From: an uncultured bacterium
Lineage (GTDB): Bacteria; SAR324; NAC60-12
DNA: 53,036 nt
Assembly (NCBI GenBank): GCA_964010765.1
Contig: CAXGMD010000013.1
Span: 1 to 53,036 of the forward strand
Direction: 5' to 3'
In this document: positions 1 through 11,600 of the stretch, piece after piece
How positions within the stretch are numbered: the first letter of the stretch is position 1
Layout: each line of letters begins with the position of its first letter
Translations under genes and position numbers: made by a program
The notes under the pieces: generated by a model
Told to the model about the DNA's origin: nothing
The model's input: the letters and a program-made list of their open reading frames with translations, nothing else
Databases searched by the model: none

Positions 1-2
1 AA

Positions 3-203
3 TTGATGCTGCTGAACAAGGTCGATCTACTGCCCTCCCTACAATTTGATTTGGATCACTGTTTCGAAGCAGCCTCGGAGATCAACCCTACTCTGAAAAT
101 TTTACAGGTCTCTGCGACAACATGAGAGGGAATGTAGGAGTGGTATGATTGGATTTGTCTGCAGCTAGAGACGTTACCAAAAGTTGCTTCGGATCTCTCC
201 TGA
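3..203 (+). pseudogene. hypB: 3' fragment of a HypB/UreG-type nickel GTPase with two in-frame stops
   Basis: Manual translation from base 3: LMLLNKVDLLPSLQFDLDHCFEAASEINPTLKILQVSATT*EGM*EWYDWICLQLETLPKVASDLS*. This matches the HypB C-terminus (NKxD G4 motif, then SAxxGEGxxxW). TGA at 123-125 and TAG at 135-137. Confidence 0.75.
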
Positions 204-247
204 CAAAATCCTTTCAAGAATTCCGAAAAGTTAATACTCTTCAGAAA

Positions 248-1114
248 TCACTTTCTACGAGTCACCGAAGCATCACTAGCAGCTAGCGCCAGAATGATTC
301 CAAAAACCCACCCTTCGTTCTTGTTTACGACCACCAGAGGACTTTCTTGAACAGCACTGTTTTCGAGTACTCGGCGATACCGCAGGACAAAGAAATACAG
401 ACTGCGAGTGAATTGAGCCGCAAAGCGAAGATTTTCATTGAAGGAAATCAAGCCGGCAGAAGGTGTATAGGCAGGACGATCTGACAAGGCATCGTCTGCT
501 TTCACTCCATAGTAGGTACGATTGAAGTTTTCATCTCCATATTCCCACGATATACCAAAAGCCAGGGCATAGTCGGAGTCCCGATCGAAAGCATCCACTG
601 AAATCCCTGGAGCAAAAGAGTTCCCAGCATAACGGAAGCCACCTCCCAGGGTACTTTTACTGAGCAATGGAAAATCAACCGTCACATGCTCTCCCAGGTA
701 CCAATCGAGTGTCAGCCCGATACCGATCAGCGCTTGGATATCTTCCATACCACGACGAGTATAATTCTTCGTACGAATGACTTTGTCAGAAGAGCCATCC
801 GCTCCAGATGGAGGTAATTCATTCAGATCATCTGATTCCACGGGCAGCTCTGCTCCAAAAGCCATCTCCAAGCGCAGATCCGGGGTAAAATCTGTAAACA
901 GCCTGGGAACCCCAGACACATCAACTTGCTCTGAACGGAGAATGCCATAGGGCAGATTGATGCTCCGTTGGTAGTAGTGATTGGAACCCGTGTAGTGCGG
1001 TAGCTGTCCTGCAGCGTGGATGATCCCTAGCTCCCAGCGTGGACGCTCCCGTGCTGAGAGACTCTGCGACCCGATCAGTAGCCCGATCAAAGTACACCCG
1101 ATCAGTCGAATCAT
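248..1114 (-). CDS. MipA/OmpV family outer-membrane protein
   Basis: Signal peptide, P-W-E-L-G start, PHYTGS, RRGMEDI, FNRTYYGV...RPAY, VQESPLV motifs. ATG at 1114 has an AGGA SD. Confidence 0.75.
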   Translation of the reverse strand: MIRLIGCTLIGLLIGSQSLSARERPRWELGIIHAAGQLPHYTGSNHYYQRSINLPYGILRSEQVDVSGVPRLFTDFTPDLRLEMAFGAELPVESDDLNELPPSGADGSSDKVIRTKNYTRRGMEDIQALIGIGLTLDWYLGEHVTVDFPLLSKSTLGGGFRYAGNSFAPGISVDAFDRDSDYALAFGISWEYGDENFNRTYYGVKADDALSDRPAYTPSAGLISFNENLRFAAQFTRSLYFFVLRYRRVLENSAVQESPLVVVNKNEGWVFGIILALAASDASVTRRK

Positions 1115-1129
1115 TCTGAATTCCTGTAA

Positions 1130-2373
<1,244 letters not shown>

Positions 2374-2385
2374 AGTTGGCTCCAC

Positions 2386-3477
2386 ATGGCTTTGGAAGTT
2401 GGAATCGTTGGGTTACCCAACGTTGGCAAGTCGACGCTCTTCCGAGCGCTTACACGCGTTGAAGCAGAAGCCGCTAACTATCCCTTCTGCACGATCGAAC
2501 CCAACGTAGGGATGGTGCCGGTTCGAGATCCACGCTTGCAGCGCTTGACTGAGTTGGTCGAACCCAACCAGACGATCCCAGCTATGCTACGGGTAGTGGA
2601 TATCGCGGGACTAGTTAAGGGGGCAAGTCAAGGAGAGGGATTAGGTAATCAGTTTCTTAGTCATATCCGTCAGGTTGATGCGATTGCGCATGTTGTTCGT
2701 TGCTTTGCTGATGAGAATGTGGTCCATGTTGATGGATCACCAGATCCGATGAGAGACATCGAGGTCATCCAGACTGAATTGATTCTGTCTGACCTTGAAC
2801 AGGTTGAGCGGAAATTGGAACGACTGCGCAAACAGGCCAAAGGCAATCGAGAGGCTGCAGCAGCAATTCCAGTTTTTGAAAAAATGCTAGCTCATCTGGG
2901 AGATGGCCAACTAGCCCGCTCCGGAGATTGGTCTGCGGAAGAGTTAGTGATCTTTGGAGAGCTAAGCTTGATCACTAGTAAGCCCTCGCTCTACATCGCC
3001 AATGTCTCCGAAGAGGGACTAAGCGAAGCCTCAGAATTTGAAGTTGCTCTGCGAGAGTTAGCTGCGCGAGAACGGGTCGAAGTCATTCCAATCTGCGCCC
3101 AAGTGGAATCAGAATTGGCAGAAATGGAAGAAGAGGAAGCTCGGGCATTTATGGAAGAGATGGGCATTCGTCACTCTGGGACCGTACAACTCGCCCGATC
3201 TGGTTACCAATTGCTGAATCAGATCACTTACTTCACCGCGGGCAAAAAGGAAGTTCGAGCCTGGGAGGTCCAACGTGGATCTTCTGCTCCTCAGGCAGCT
3301 GGTAAAATTCATAGCGATTTCGAGAAGGGTTTCATCCGTGCCGAAGTCTACCACTTCGATGACTTGGATTCCCTTGGTTCGGAAACAGCGGTCCGTGAAG
3401 CCGGACGCTGGCGTCTAGAAGGACGCGATTACGTTGTTCAGGACGGTGACATTATGCACTTTCGCTTCAATGTTTGA
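2386..3477 (+). CDS. ychF: redox-regulated ATPase YchF
   Basis: [36 protein letters not shown]-terminal TGS domain ending FRFNV. Confidence 0.98.
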   Translation: MALEVGIVGLPNVGKSTLFRALTRVEAEAANYPFCTIEPNVGMVPVRDPRLQRLTELVEPNQTIPAMLRVVDIAGLVKGASQGEGLGNQFLSHIRQVDAIAHVVRCFADENVVHVDGSPDPMRDIEVIQTELILSDLEQVERKLERLRKQAKGNREAAAAIPVFEKMLAHLGDGQLARSGDWSAEELVIFGELSLITSKPSLYIANVSEEGLSEASEFEVALRELAARERVEVIPICAQVESELAEMEEEEARAFMEEMGIRHSGTVQLARSGYQLLNQITYFTAGKKEVRAWEVQRGSSAPQAAGKIHSDFEKGFIRAEVYHFDDLDSLGSETAVREAGRWRLEGRDYVVQDGDIMHFRFNV

Positions 3478-3482
3478 CGTCC

Positions 3483-3528
3483 AGTTTCCTTGCCTGCATC
3501 AGCGGGCCTAACGCTCAAAAGGAAAATT
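3483..3528 (+). promoter_or_regulatory. probable S6:S18 ribosomal protein autoregulatory leader RNA
   Basis: Outer stem TTTCCTT/AAGGAAA sequesters the rpsF SD; inner hairpin GCCTGC-ATCA-GCGGGC followed by unpaired CC; immediately upstream of rpsF-rpsR. Confidence 0.55.
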
Positions 3529-3532
3529 ATCC

Positions 3533-3964
3533 ATGATGCGAGACTACGAGGCGGTGTTCATCACTTCCGCCGATTTAAATAGTGAAGAACAAGCGGAGTT
3601 GCTTGACCGTGTACGCGGTTTCGTAGCACGCTTTGATGGGCAGATTCGCCGTGAATATTTTTGGGGGCGGCGTAAGTTGGCCTACCCGATCAAGAAGAAA
3701 GACTATGGCATCTATCATCTCTGGTACCTCAGTGGTGATGGGGCAATGCTGGAGGAGTTAGAACGCCAGTTTGGTTATTCTGAGCAAGTGATCCGAGCCC
3801 AGATCATTAAAGTTGAAGACTGGGAAAGCGCAGCAGCCAAATTTGAGAGTCTCGTTGAATTGAAACCGGCTGAGGAAGCCAGCGAAGAAGAGAAAGTCGA
3901 AGAAGACGATGACTCTGATGCGGTTGAGACTGAAGAAGAATCCACCAAAACCAACGAAGACTAA
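3533..3964 (+). CDS. rpsF: 30S ribosomal protein S6
   Basis: MRDYEAVFI, WGRRKLAYPIKK, acidic tail. Confidence 0.96.
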   Translation: MMRDYEAVFITSADLNSEEQAELLDRVRGFVARFDGQIRREYFWGRRKLAYPIKKKDYGIYHLWYLSGDGAMLEELERQFGYSEQVIRAQIIKVEDWESAAAKFESLVELKPAEEASEEEKVEEDDDSDAVETEEESTKTNED

Positions 3965-3985
3965 GACCCCAATCAGGAACGAGAG

Positions 3986-4267
3986 ATGGCCAAGAAAAAG
4001 AAAAAACGCCCGATGCGCAGTGTCCCCAATAGCATCCTTCTACGTCGCAAACGCAAGGTTTGTCCTTTCAAGGAAGCTGGCATCGAAGAGATTGATTACA
4101 AAGATCTGGAATTGTTGAAGTCATATGTGACCGAGGGTGGAAAGATTGTTCCGAGCCGTATTTCTGGCGTATCAGCGCCTTACCAACGCAAGCTAGCGAT
4201 CGCGATCAAGCGAGCTCGTAATCTGGCTCTGTTATCTTACACCGCGGGCTATATCCCCCAGAACTAA
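3986..4267 (+). CDS. rpsR: 30S ribosomal protein S18
   Basis: [33 protein letters not shown]. Confidence 0.97.
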   Translation: MAKKKKKRPMRSVPNSILLRRKRKVCPFKEAGIEEIDYKDLELLKSYVTEGGKIVPSRISGVSAPYQRKLAIAIKRARNLALLSYTAGYIPQN

Positions 4268-4292
4268 CGCACCCTGTCGTTGAGGTAATCCA

Positions 4293-4859
4293 GTGAAACT
4301 GATTCTGAAACAAGAAGTGCCCAATCTTGGCACACTCGGCGACGTCGTTGACGTCAAGCCCGGTTATGCACGAAACTACCTGTTGCCTCGGGGCTTGGCG
4401 TTGCCAGTTACCGGTCAACAGTCGAGGGAATTCCGACATCACATGCAGTATCTGGAAAAGATGCGCAAAGGGGAGATTGCCCAAGCTCAGCAAAAGGCAG
4501 CCCTGATGAAAGTGCTGGATCTTGAAGTCACGCGCAAGGCTGGCCCAGGTGGTCGCCTGTTCGGTTCCGTAAACAATCGAGACATTCAAGAAGTCCTCGA
4601 AGCCGCGGGCTACACTTTAGAGCGTCGAGCAATCCTGCTACCAGTACCGATCCGCAACGTTGGAACTCACACCTTCACCGTTCGGGTTCACACCGAAGTC
4701 TCCATTGAAATGAGCATCCGTGTGTTGGCAGAGTTCGATCCAAATGCCGCACAGCCAGAAGCCGAAGTGGCTGCAACCACCGAAGCTGGTGAAGAAGCAA
4801 TTGAGGAAACTGAAGCGACTGCGGAAGAAGAATTCGCCGAAGCGGAAGAAGCCTCCTGA
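4293..4859 (+). CDS. rplI: 50S ribosomal protein L9
   Basis: LGTLGDVVDVKPGYARNYLLPRG, GRLFGSV. Confidence 0.97.
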   Translation: MKLILKQEVPNLGTLGDVVDVKPGYARNYLLPRGLALPVTGQQSREFRHHMQYLEKMRKGEIAQAQQKAALMKVLDLEVTRKAGPGGRLFGSVNNRDIQEVLEAAGYTLERRAILLPVPIRNVGTHTFTVRVHTEVSIEMSIRVLAEFDPNAAQPEAEVAATTEAGEEAIEETEATAEEEFAEAEEAS

Positions 4860-4942
4860 CTCTCAATTATCACAGGGGGTTCTGGCCTCCTGTCCCCTCC
4901 ACTGTCTGCGTTCCTCAGTGACCTTCTATCACAGCGTTGCCT

Positions 4943-6301
4943 ATGCCCGGTGCGCCCACGAAACCGAAACCTGAAGAACTGCTGCCCCACGACAAGCTTG
5001 CTGAACAAGCTGTCCTTGGAGCCATTATCTACCGCAATGAATTGCTGGCTCAAGTTCAGGACTACTTGCAGCCCACAGATTTCTTCTCCCCAGCCAATCA
5101 AAAGATCTTTACGGCAATGCAGGAGTTAGCGGGAGAAGAAGCTCCGATTGATGAAGTATCCGTTTCTGGGTGGCTCCGAGATCACAACTTTCTTGATGAA
5201 TCTGGAGGAGTGGACTACCTGCTCTTGCTGACTCAGACCACACCAGTGGCGGACAACGCTGAGTATTATGCCCAGCTTGTTCAGGAGAAAAGCCAGCTCC
5301 GAGCAATCATCTCCACTGCCTATGAATTGGCTCGGGAGGGACAGGAAGGCCAACGCAGCATCAGTGAATTTCTGGGAGAAGCCTCCGAGAAATTCCGTGA
5401 AATCGAGAACAGAGTCCGCTCTCGCAGTTACACGCCACTACGTGAAGTGTTGCTCAGCAACTTCGAGTACCTGGAGGCTCTTTCCGAAAATCCACAGGTC
5501 ATCACGGGTATCCCAACTGGCTTCACCGAGCTGGATGAACTAACCCGTGGTCTACAGCGCGGTGATTTGATTATCCTGGCAGCCCGACCTTCGATGGGAA
5601 AAACTTCATTTGCAATGAACATGGGGATGTATGCTGCGCTGCAGTCGAAGCAGCCAATCCTGATCTTCAGCCTGGAAATGCCCAAGGAACACATCGCAAT
5701 GCGTTTGATCTGTAGCGAAGCGCGAGTCGATAGCCAACGGCTTTGGCTTGGAAATTTAGAACCAGACGATTGGGAAAAGCTGGTGGATGCTACTGGGCAA
5801 ATGCTGGAAGCACCCCTGCTGATCGATGATGCTTCTGGAATCACTCCTGGTTATGTGCGCAAGGTGGCTAGGCAAGTCACCCAAGAATATGGGGATACAC
5901 CCCTCGGCATGATTGTTATCGACTACCTACAGTTGATGACTGGGGGGCGACGTCTGCAATCTCGTGAACAGGAGATTGCCGATATTTCAAGGCAACTCAA
6001 AGCTATCGCCAAGGAGTTTTCTGTACCTGTTGTTGCTCTATCTCAATTGAACCGTGATCTGGAACGTCGAGCTGACAAGCATCCAATCATGGCGGATTTG
6101 CGGGAATCTGGTGCGCTTGAGCAAGACGCTGATCTGATCATGTTCATTTATCGGGATGAGGTGTATAATCCAAATTCTGAGTCCAAAGGCATTGCAGAGA
6201 TCATTGTTGCCAAGCACCGGAATGGTGAGTGTGGTGTGCGCCGGTTGGCCTTTATCGGACAATATACCAAGTTCGCCAACTTGGCCCTCGGCAATTCCTA
6301 A
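4943..6301 (+). CDS. dnaB: replicative DNA helicase
   Basis: AEQAVLGAI, ILAARPSMGKT, IDYLQLM, LSQLNR, DLRESGALEQDAD. Confidence 0.98.
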   Translation: MPGAPTKPKPEELLPHDKLAEQAVLGAIIYRNELLAQVQDYLQPTDFFSPANQKIFTAMQELAGEEAPIDEVSVSGWLRDHNFLDESGGVDYLLLLTQTTPVADNAEYYAQLVQEKSQLRAIISTAYELAREGQEGQRSISEFLGEASEKFREIENRVRSRSYTPLREVLLSNFEYLEALSENPQVITGIPTGFTELDELTRGLQRGDLIILAARPSMGKTSFAMNMGMYAALQSKQPILIFSLEMPKEHIAMRLICSEARVDSQRLWLGNLEPDDWEKLVDATGQMLEAPLLIDDASGITPGYVRKVARQVTQEYGDTPLGMIVIDYLQLMTGGRRLQSREQEIADISRQLKAIAKEFSVPVVALSQLNRDLERRADKHPIMADLRESGALEQDADLIMFIYRDEVYNPNSESKGIAEIIVAKHRNGECGVRRLAFIGQYTKFANLALGNS

Positions 6302-6319
6302 CCCCCAGTAATTTCCTTC

Positions 6320-7318
6320 ATGAACCAAATCTCCGATGGATTCTGGTCTGAAACCGCTTGGCAGGTAGTTGAACCAGAGCATCTTGCCTGTAGCGTGGCC
6401 ACTCCCTTGCCACCCTCACTACCTTTTCCATGCTTCCCAGACGTAGTTTCAGAACTGTTGGGAACACTGCTGGAAGAGGAATGGAGTTCGCTGAGCGAAC
6501 GGGCACGACAATATCTGAAATGGTTGGCAATCAAAGCCGAGTCGATCGACGCTCTGGCCCCGAAATCTCCCCAGTCTCCAACCAAGGGATTCGAGTTGCT
6601 AGCCATGGATCGCTCTGGGCAAAGCTTTGGCAAGATCGTCAAGCAGTGCAAGGAATTAGAGATTCCCTCAGTGCTGCTGCGCTTCTCTTCGCTGATTGCC
6701 ACGTTTCTGACCATCCGGCTCTTACGTCGACAGATGAAGATAGATAATCAGCCCATGCCAGCGCTGATGTTCACCCAAAATGTGGATGCAGATTATCTTA
6801 ACTATCCACGGGCACTGAAGAACCTGCTTCAGCTCTTTCCGGAATATCAGAGCCTGTTCTATTTTGAGGTCAACGAATTGATCACCCCGGATTATCTGCC
6901 AACAATTCGCAACCTCTCTCAGGATCTGGGCATTCGGCTGGCATTGGATGATTCAAACAAAATGAACCAGGATGTTCACAACGGGCTGATTGACTTGGCG
7001 GATTGGATCAAGATTGATTTTCAGGCCACTCGAGTGCTGGAAGACTACCTGCAACAGGGCTTGGGCAACCGCTTGCTGGAACACTACGAGAACTACGGTC
7101 GAGGAAATAATTCACCTGTGATCGTGTTCGAAGGTCTTGGAGAGACCTCCCCACTCAAGTACTTCCTCGAAGAGCATTGGAATAACTCCGAGACCGCTCT
7201 CTACTACCAGAGCCGTGAGCGGTTACCCCTACCTCCCTGGGATCGCTACTTCGGCATGATTCAAGACTATCTGCCCGAAGACTACGGGCTCTTTTTCAAA
7301 GGTTTGCTGCAAGAATGA
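6320..7318 (+). CDS. divergent stand-alone EAL-domain-like protein
   Basis: EAL-like motifs in canonical order: GFELLA, TQNVD, FEVNE, IRLALDD, DWIKID, VFEGL, YYQ. Confidence 0.6.
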   Translation: MNQISDGFWSETAWQVVEPEHLACSVATPLPPSLPFPCFPDVVSELLGTLLEEEWSSLSERARQYLKWLAIKAESIDALAPKSPQSPTKGFELLAMDRSGQSFGKIVKQCKELEIPSVLLRFSSLIATFLTIRLLRRQMKIDNQPMPALMFTQNVDADYLNYPRALKNLLQLFPEYQSLFYFEVNELITPDYLPTIRNLSQDLGIRLALDDSNKMNQDVHNGLIDLADWIKIDFQATRVLEDYLQQGLGNRLLEHYENYGRGNNSPVIVFEGLGETSPLKYFLEEHWNNSETALYYQSRERLPLPPWDRYFGMIQDYLPEDYGLFFKGLLQE

Positions 7319-8574
7319 AACTCCTCCATGCGCTGCCCTTTCTCTGTTTGCTGAGCCTACTCGCCTGTCGCTCTGGTGATCAACTTATTGAGGAAGACGC
7401 CCCTCCTTCAACGGTGATGAATGATCAATTTTATGCACCCAAAGAGCAGTCTCTCCCGGTTGGTTCCGCTCAGCTGATTCGGAGCGATTGGGACAATGAT
7501 GGAGATATTGAGCTACTCGTTCCTGTCCCACAACGCAGCGAGGAGTCTGGCACCACAGATGATGGGAGGGTTCAAGCCTTTACCCTGCAACCTCAATCCA
7601 GTGAATGGCTACAAGCTGATGACCTGCCGTTTTGGATCCCAAGCGAACCACGATGGCACCAGTCTTTCGTCATCGAAGATTTTGACCTCGATGGCCACAA
7701 TGACTTAATGCTGACCCAATCCGACAGTGTCTATCTGCAACTGCTCAAAGGCCCAAATTGGTTGGATGACAACAACACCCTCATCGTTGGTCTTACGCCA
7801 ATTTCCCTGCAAGCTGGAGACTGGAATAATGATGGACTAACAGATATTGCCGTCGCTAATCGTGAAACAGATTCCATCTTGATACTGCTCAACAACGATA
7901 ATGACAATTTTACGACTGCTGCTACTTTGGACACTGCCGAATATCCTCAGCAATTGATGCAGGGAGACTGGAACGGAGATAATGTGACTGATCTGGCATC
8001 TATCTCTGTCGGCGAAAATCTGCTCCAACTATGGAAAGGCAAGGGAGATGGAACCTTCGAAAAAACTTCAGAGTTAGATACGCCCAGCTCTCCTCAACAA
8101 TTGGAGGTAACCGATTTCGACTGTGATGGCAGACAGGATCTGGCGGTTAGTAGTCGTAGTGCGGAAGTTCTTCGGATTTGGTATGGTGATGGATCTGGAA
8201 ATTTTGGAAACCAGTTTGATCTGCCAGCTGGACGCGGTCCCTCATCTTTTGACGTAGCCGATTTCAATGAAGATGGAGTTCTTGATTTCGTAATCAGCAA
8301 CCGCTTTGTTGTTGCATTCACTTCAGTCACGACGCTCACCGGAGACATGGCGCTGGTCCTCAGCAATGGAAGTTCTGCTCGTGGGACTGGGGCCTACAAA
8401 AGTCCGGAATTATTTGCCGCAACCCACCATCTGCAGGGAGACACTCCCGGAGACGTAATCATTGAAGACGTTGATGGTAATGGAAGGTTGGACCTGATGG
8501 TCGCCCTACCCCAACAAGCTAAGATTGCTCTCTTCGATGGAAAAGCGTTCCGTGGCCGCCTGACTTGCCCTTAG
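7315..8574 (+). CDS. lipoprotein with 7 FG-GAP/VCBS (DxDxDGxxD) repeats, probable beta-propeller
   Basis: Lipobox LLAC; repeats DWDNDG, DFDLDG, DWNNDG, DWNGDN, DFDCDG, DFNEDG, DVDGNG; ATGA overlap with the EAL-like gene. Confidence 0.85.
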   Translation: MKLLHALPFLCLLSLLACRSGDQLIEEDAPPSTVMNDQFYAPKEQSLPVGSAQLIRSDWDNDGDIELLVPVPQRSEESGTTDDGRVQAFTLQPQSSEWLQADDLPFWIPSEPRWHQSFVIEDFDLDGHNDLMLTQSDSVYLQLLKGPNWLDDNNTLIVGLTPISLQAGDWNNDGLTDIAVANRETDSILILLNNDNDNFTTAATLDTAEYPQQLMQGDWNGDNVTDLASISVGENLLQLWKGKGDGTFEKTSELDTPSSPQQLEVTDFDCDGRQDLAVSSRSAEVLRIWYGDGSGNFGNQFDLPAGRGPSSFDVADFNEDGVLDFVISNRFVVAFTSVTTLTGDMALVLSNGSSARGTGAYKSPELFAATHHLQGDTPGDVIIEDVDGNGRLDLMVALPQQAKIALFDGKAFRGRLTCP

Positions 8575-8636
8575 CCAACACAGCTCGAACAACCTGCATC
8601 CATATCAAAAATTGACCTGTAAAAAGCGCTAATAAC

Positions 8637-8652
8637 GGGCGTAGGTCTTGCA
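8637..8652 (+). promoter_or_regulatory. possible sigma54 -24/-12 promoter
   Basis: GGGCGTAGGTCTTGCA = GG-N10-GC with TTGCA, about 43 bp before the ATG at 8695. Confidence 0.35.
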
Positions 8653-8694
8653 ACTCTGCTCCCACCAAACAACCCCCACTCACCATTTCATCTT

Positions 8695-11600
8695 ATGCGA
8701 CGTCGCTTTTCTTTCCGCCAATGCTGGACCACTGCCCTATTGGGAATTTTGGGCCTAAGCGGGGCGAACACTCTTCCTGCTGCAGAAGACAACGCTCCTA
8801 TCTACCAATGGCAACGTCAATACTACGGCAAATTGAATGGACAAGAGCAATTACTCTACACGCGTGGATTTGAACGTAGCATCCTAAGCTTTGCTGATTT
8901 TGATGGTGATGGAGACGAAGACCTTTTTGTTGGCAAAAGTGATGGCCGAATTGCCCTGTTTCGAAACCCAGGTGACAACCAATTCCGTCTAGAAACTGAG
9001 GATTTCAGCGCATTTCAGGAAGATGTTCAAAATAGCCGCAAGGTCCGCGTTAAGCGTGTGATTGATGTTGGCACCAATGCAGCGCCTACCTGGTTTGATA
9101 TTGATGATGACGGCGACCTTGATTTGTTTGTTGGCTCCGGGGACGGCACCATCTTCTTCTACCAAAATCGGGGGAACGCCTTACTGCCCGTGCTGGAGTT
9201 GGTCACTCCGGCCTACATGAAAATTCAGGTCAATGGAAACAGTGTCCCTAGCTTCAGTGATGTCAACGCAGACCGAGCAGCAGACCTGCTACTTGGAAAT
9301 CAGCAAGGAGACACAAAACTTTTTTACAATCAAGGAATTGCTACCCGAGCACTATTCTGCCCGGATGTGCCCTCTCAACGTTCTCGGATCAAGGGCTGTG
9401 AAAAAGCTAGGACACAACTGATCGGTAATATTTCTCCAGAAGTGGATGCAACTCCAACTTTTGTGGACTGGGAAGGTGATGGGGACCAAGATATTCTGGT
9501 AGGTAAGTCCAGAGGACGTATTGATTTCTACCTAAATCGAGGTACTAAGCTTCAGCCCGAATGGGAATTAGAATCCAGTCGCTTCCTCTTCATCAACACT
9601 GGTGGATTCGCTGCTCCTCGCTTCTTCGATGTCAATAGAGATGGCTATCCCGAGCTACTGATTGGCACCCGCACTTCTCGAATTCTTTACTATGAAAATC
9701 GGGATCCCATCACTAATGGACTTAAGCAAGTAGCGGCTTTGCGAAGAGTCAACCTCGATCCAAGGAAAGCACCGCTGGCCTTGATGGAAGAAGCCTGCGC
9801 TCAAATTGACGTCTTTCCAAACTGCCTCCCGCCCCTGCTAGAAGGATTTGGCCTCCCCTTGGAAGTAACCACACTTGAGGAAATTGTGGAACGCAGCCTG
9901 CGTCCAAGTCCAAGCTTTCTGTCTACAGAAATTGGGCCGGATGTAGTGCCTGATCCTCAGGCATCCAGCAATGCAGCAGCCCCAGGCAACATGTACACAA
10001 TGCAGGTCAACGCACCTGTGGTCAATGATGAGGAGACAACAACAGAAACAACTGAGCCACCCGTTTCTCGAGAAGCACGCAGCCGAAATCGTTACTGGCC
10101 CGTCACCGAAAATTTCTTCAATATTGGCGAACTACTCCCCGAGGATCGACACACCTTGGTCACAGCTGGTGACTGGGATGGAGATGGAGATTCAGATCTA
10201 CTCCTGGGCAGCCGCTCTGGCGCACTCTATGCCTACATTAATCAAGGAGGAACTGAGGATCCTGATTGGTCTCGAGTGGAATTCCCTGCGCTTGCACCAA
10301 ATGGTCGTAGTTTCAGTGCACCTTCCCTCGCTGACCTCGATGGAGATGGAGACCTTGATATTCTAGTGGGCCGTGAGGATGGCACCTTAGACCTGTTACG
10401 CAACGAAGGTAGCAAGGAAAGCCCCGACTGGCAGATGGCCGAAGTCCGCTTTGCAAAAATTGATATTGGCAGTCGTAGCACACCCTTGATTCGTGATCTG
10501 GATGGGGATTCTGACTTAGATCTGCTGGTGGGTAACAGCCAAGGCTTCCTGATCTACTTTGAAAATCAGGGTAGTTCTGAAAAGGCCAATTTTGTATTGG
10601 AAAGTGCTCGGTTTGCGAATGCACAGTCAGCCTCCGGTAACGCAGTCCCTGCAATTTTTCAGTGGGATGACGATGAGAACGCGGATTTACTGATTGGTGA
10701 AAGCAGTGGCACGCTGCAATTGTTGACTCACCAACCACAACCCAGCTATCCCGTCAGCCTTGGTTGGCAGCAACAAGCCCAGATTTGGCAAGATCTCGAA
10801 ACTGTTGGCAGTAGTGCACCATTCCTGGTTGATCTGAACGGAGACCAACAGCAGGATTTACTAGTTGGAGATGAAGATGGACATCTGCTGAGTTGGTTGT
10901 TTATTGGTAAGCAGCAACCTACAGACATCGCTCTACCAGAACCAGTGATGACGGCAAACACCTTGGAGCGACCAAGAATTGTAGAAGGCCAGGATTTCGC
11001 TGATCTGCCCCCAGCACCCACAATTCAGGTAGTTCCTCCACCAACTCCAATCTTACCTCGTGAGCCAATTTATGAACTTGTGAGTCAGCGATTCGCAGGG
11101 CAAAACTTTGGGAATCGTGCTGTACCAGCATTATTGGATTTGGATGGAGATGGTGACTTGGATCTGATCGTTGGGAACCGTAGAGGAGAATTAAGAAGTT
11201 TCCAAAATGACCCAGAAAATGGATCAGATCGCTGGAATTTAATGGATGAGAATTTTCTGGAATATAGTGGTGGAGCTAACGCAGCTCCTGTCTTTGCTGA
11301 CGTAGATAGTGACGGTGACAAAGACCTCTTGGTCGGCAATGAAAGTGGTAGCGTGCTGTTCTGGGAAAACCGTGGCACTCCGGAATTCCCTGAATTTTTC
11401 CGAGATCCACGACCTATGAATGGTGTGACCAGCGGACGCAATTCGATCCCTGCCATCTACGACGTCAATCAAGACGGCCGGGCTGATTTGCTCCTTGGCA
11501 ACTTTGGTGGCAATATGCGCCTGTATCTTCAAGAAGCCAATGGTACAGGTTTTCGATTCCGGCTCTATCATAGACGATTTCTTGATCTAGACGTTGGGCT

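Noticed and set aside
123..137. Stop-codon recoding (TGA=Gly or Sec, TAG=Pyl) in hypB and cutA
   Set aside because: TGA and TAG terminate many conserved genes here (TGA: rplY, pth, ychF, rpoD; TAG: fliW). The hypB TGA is at a Gly position, not a Cys position. Pseudogenisation or sequence error is simpler.
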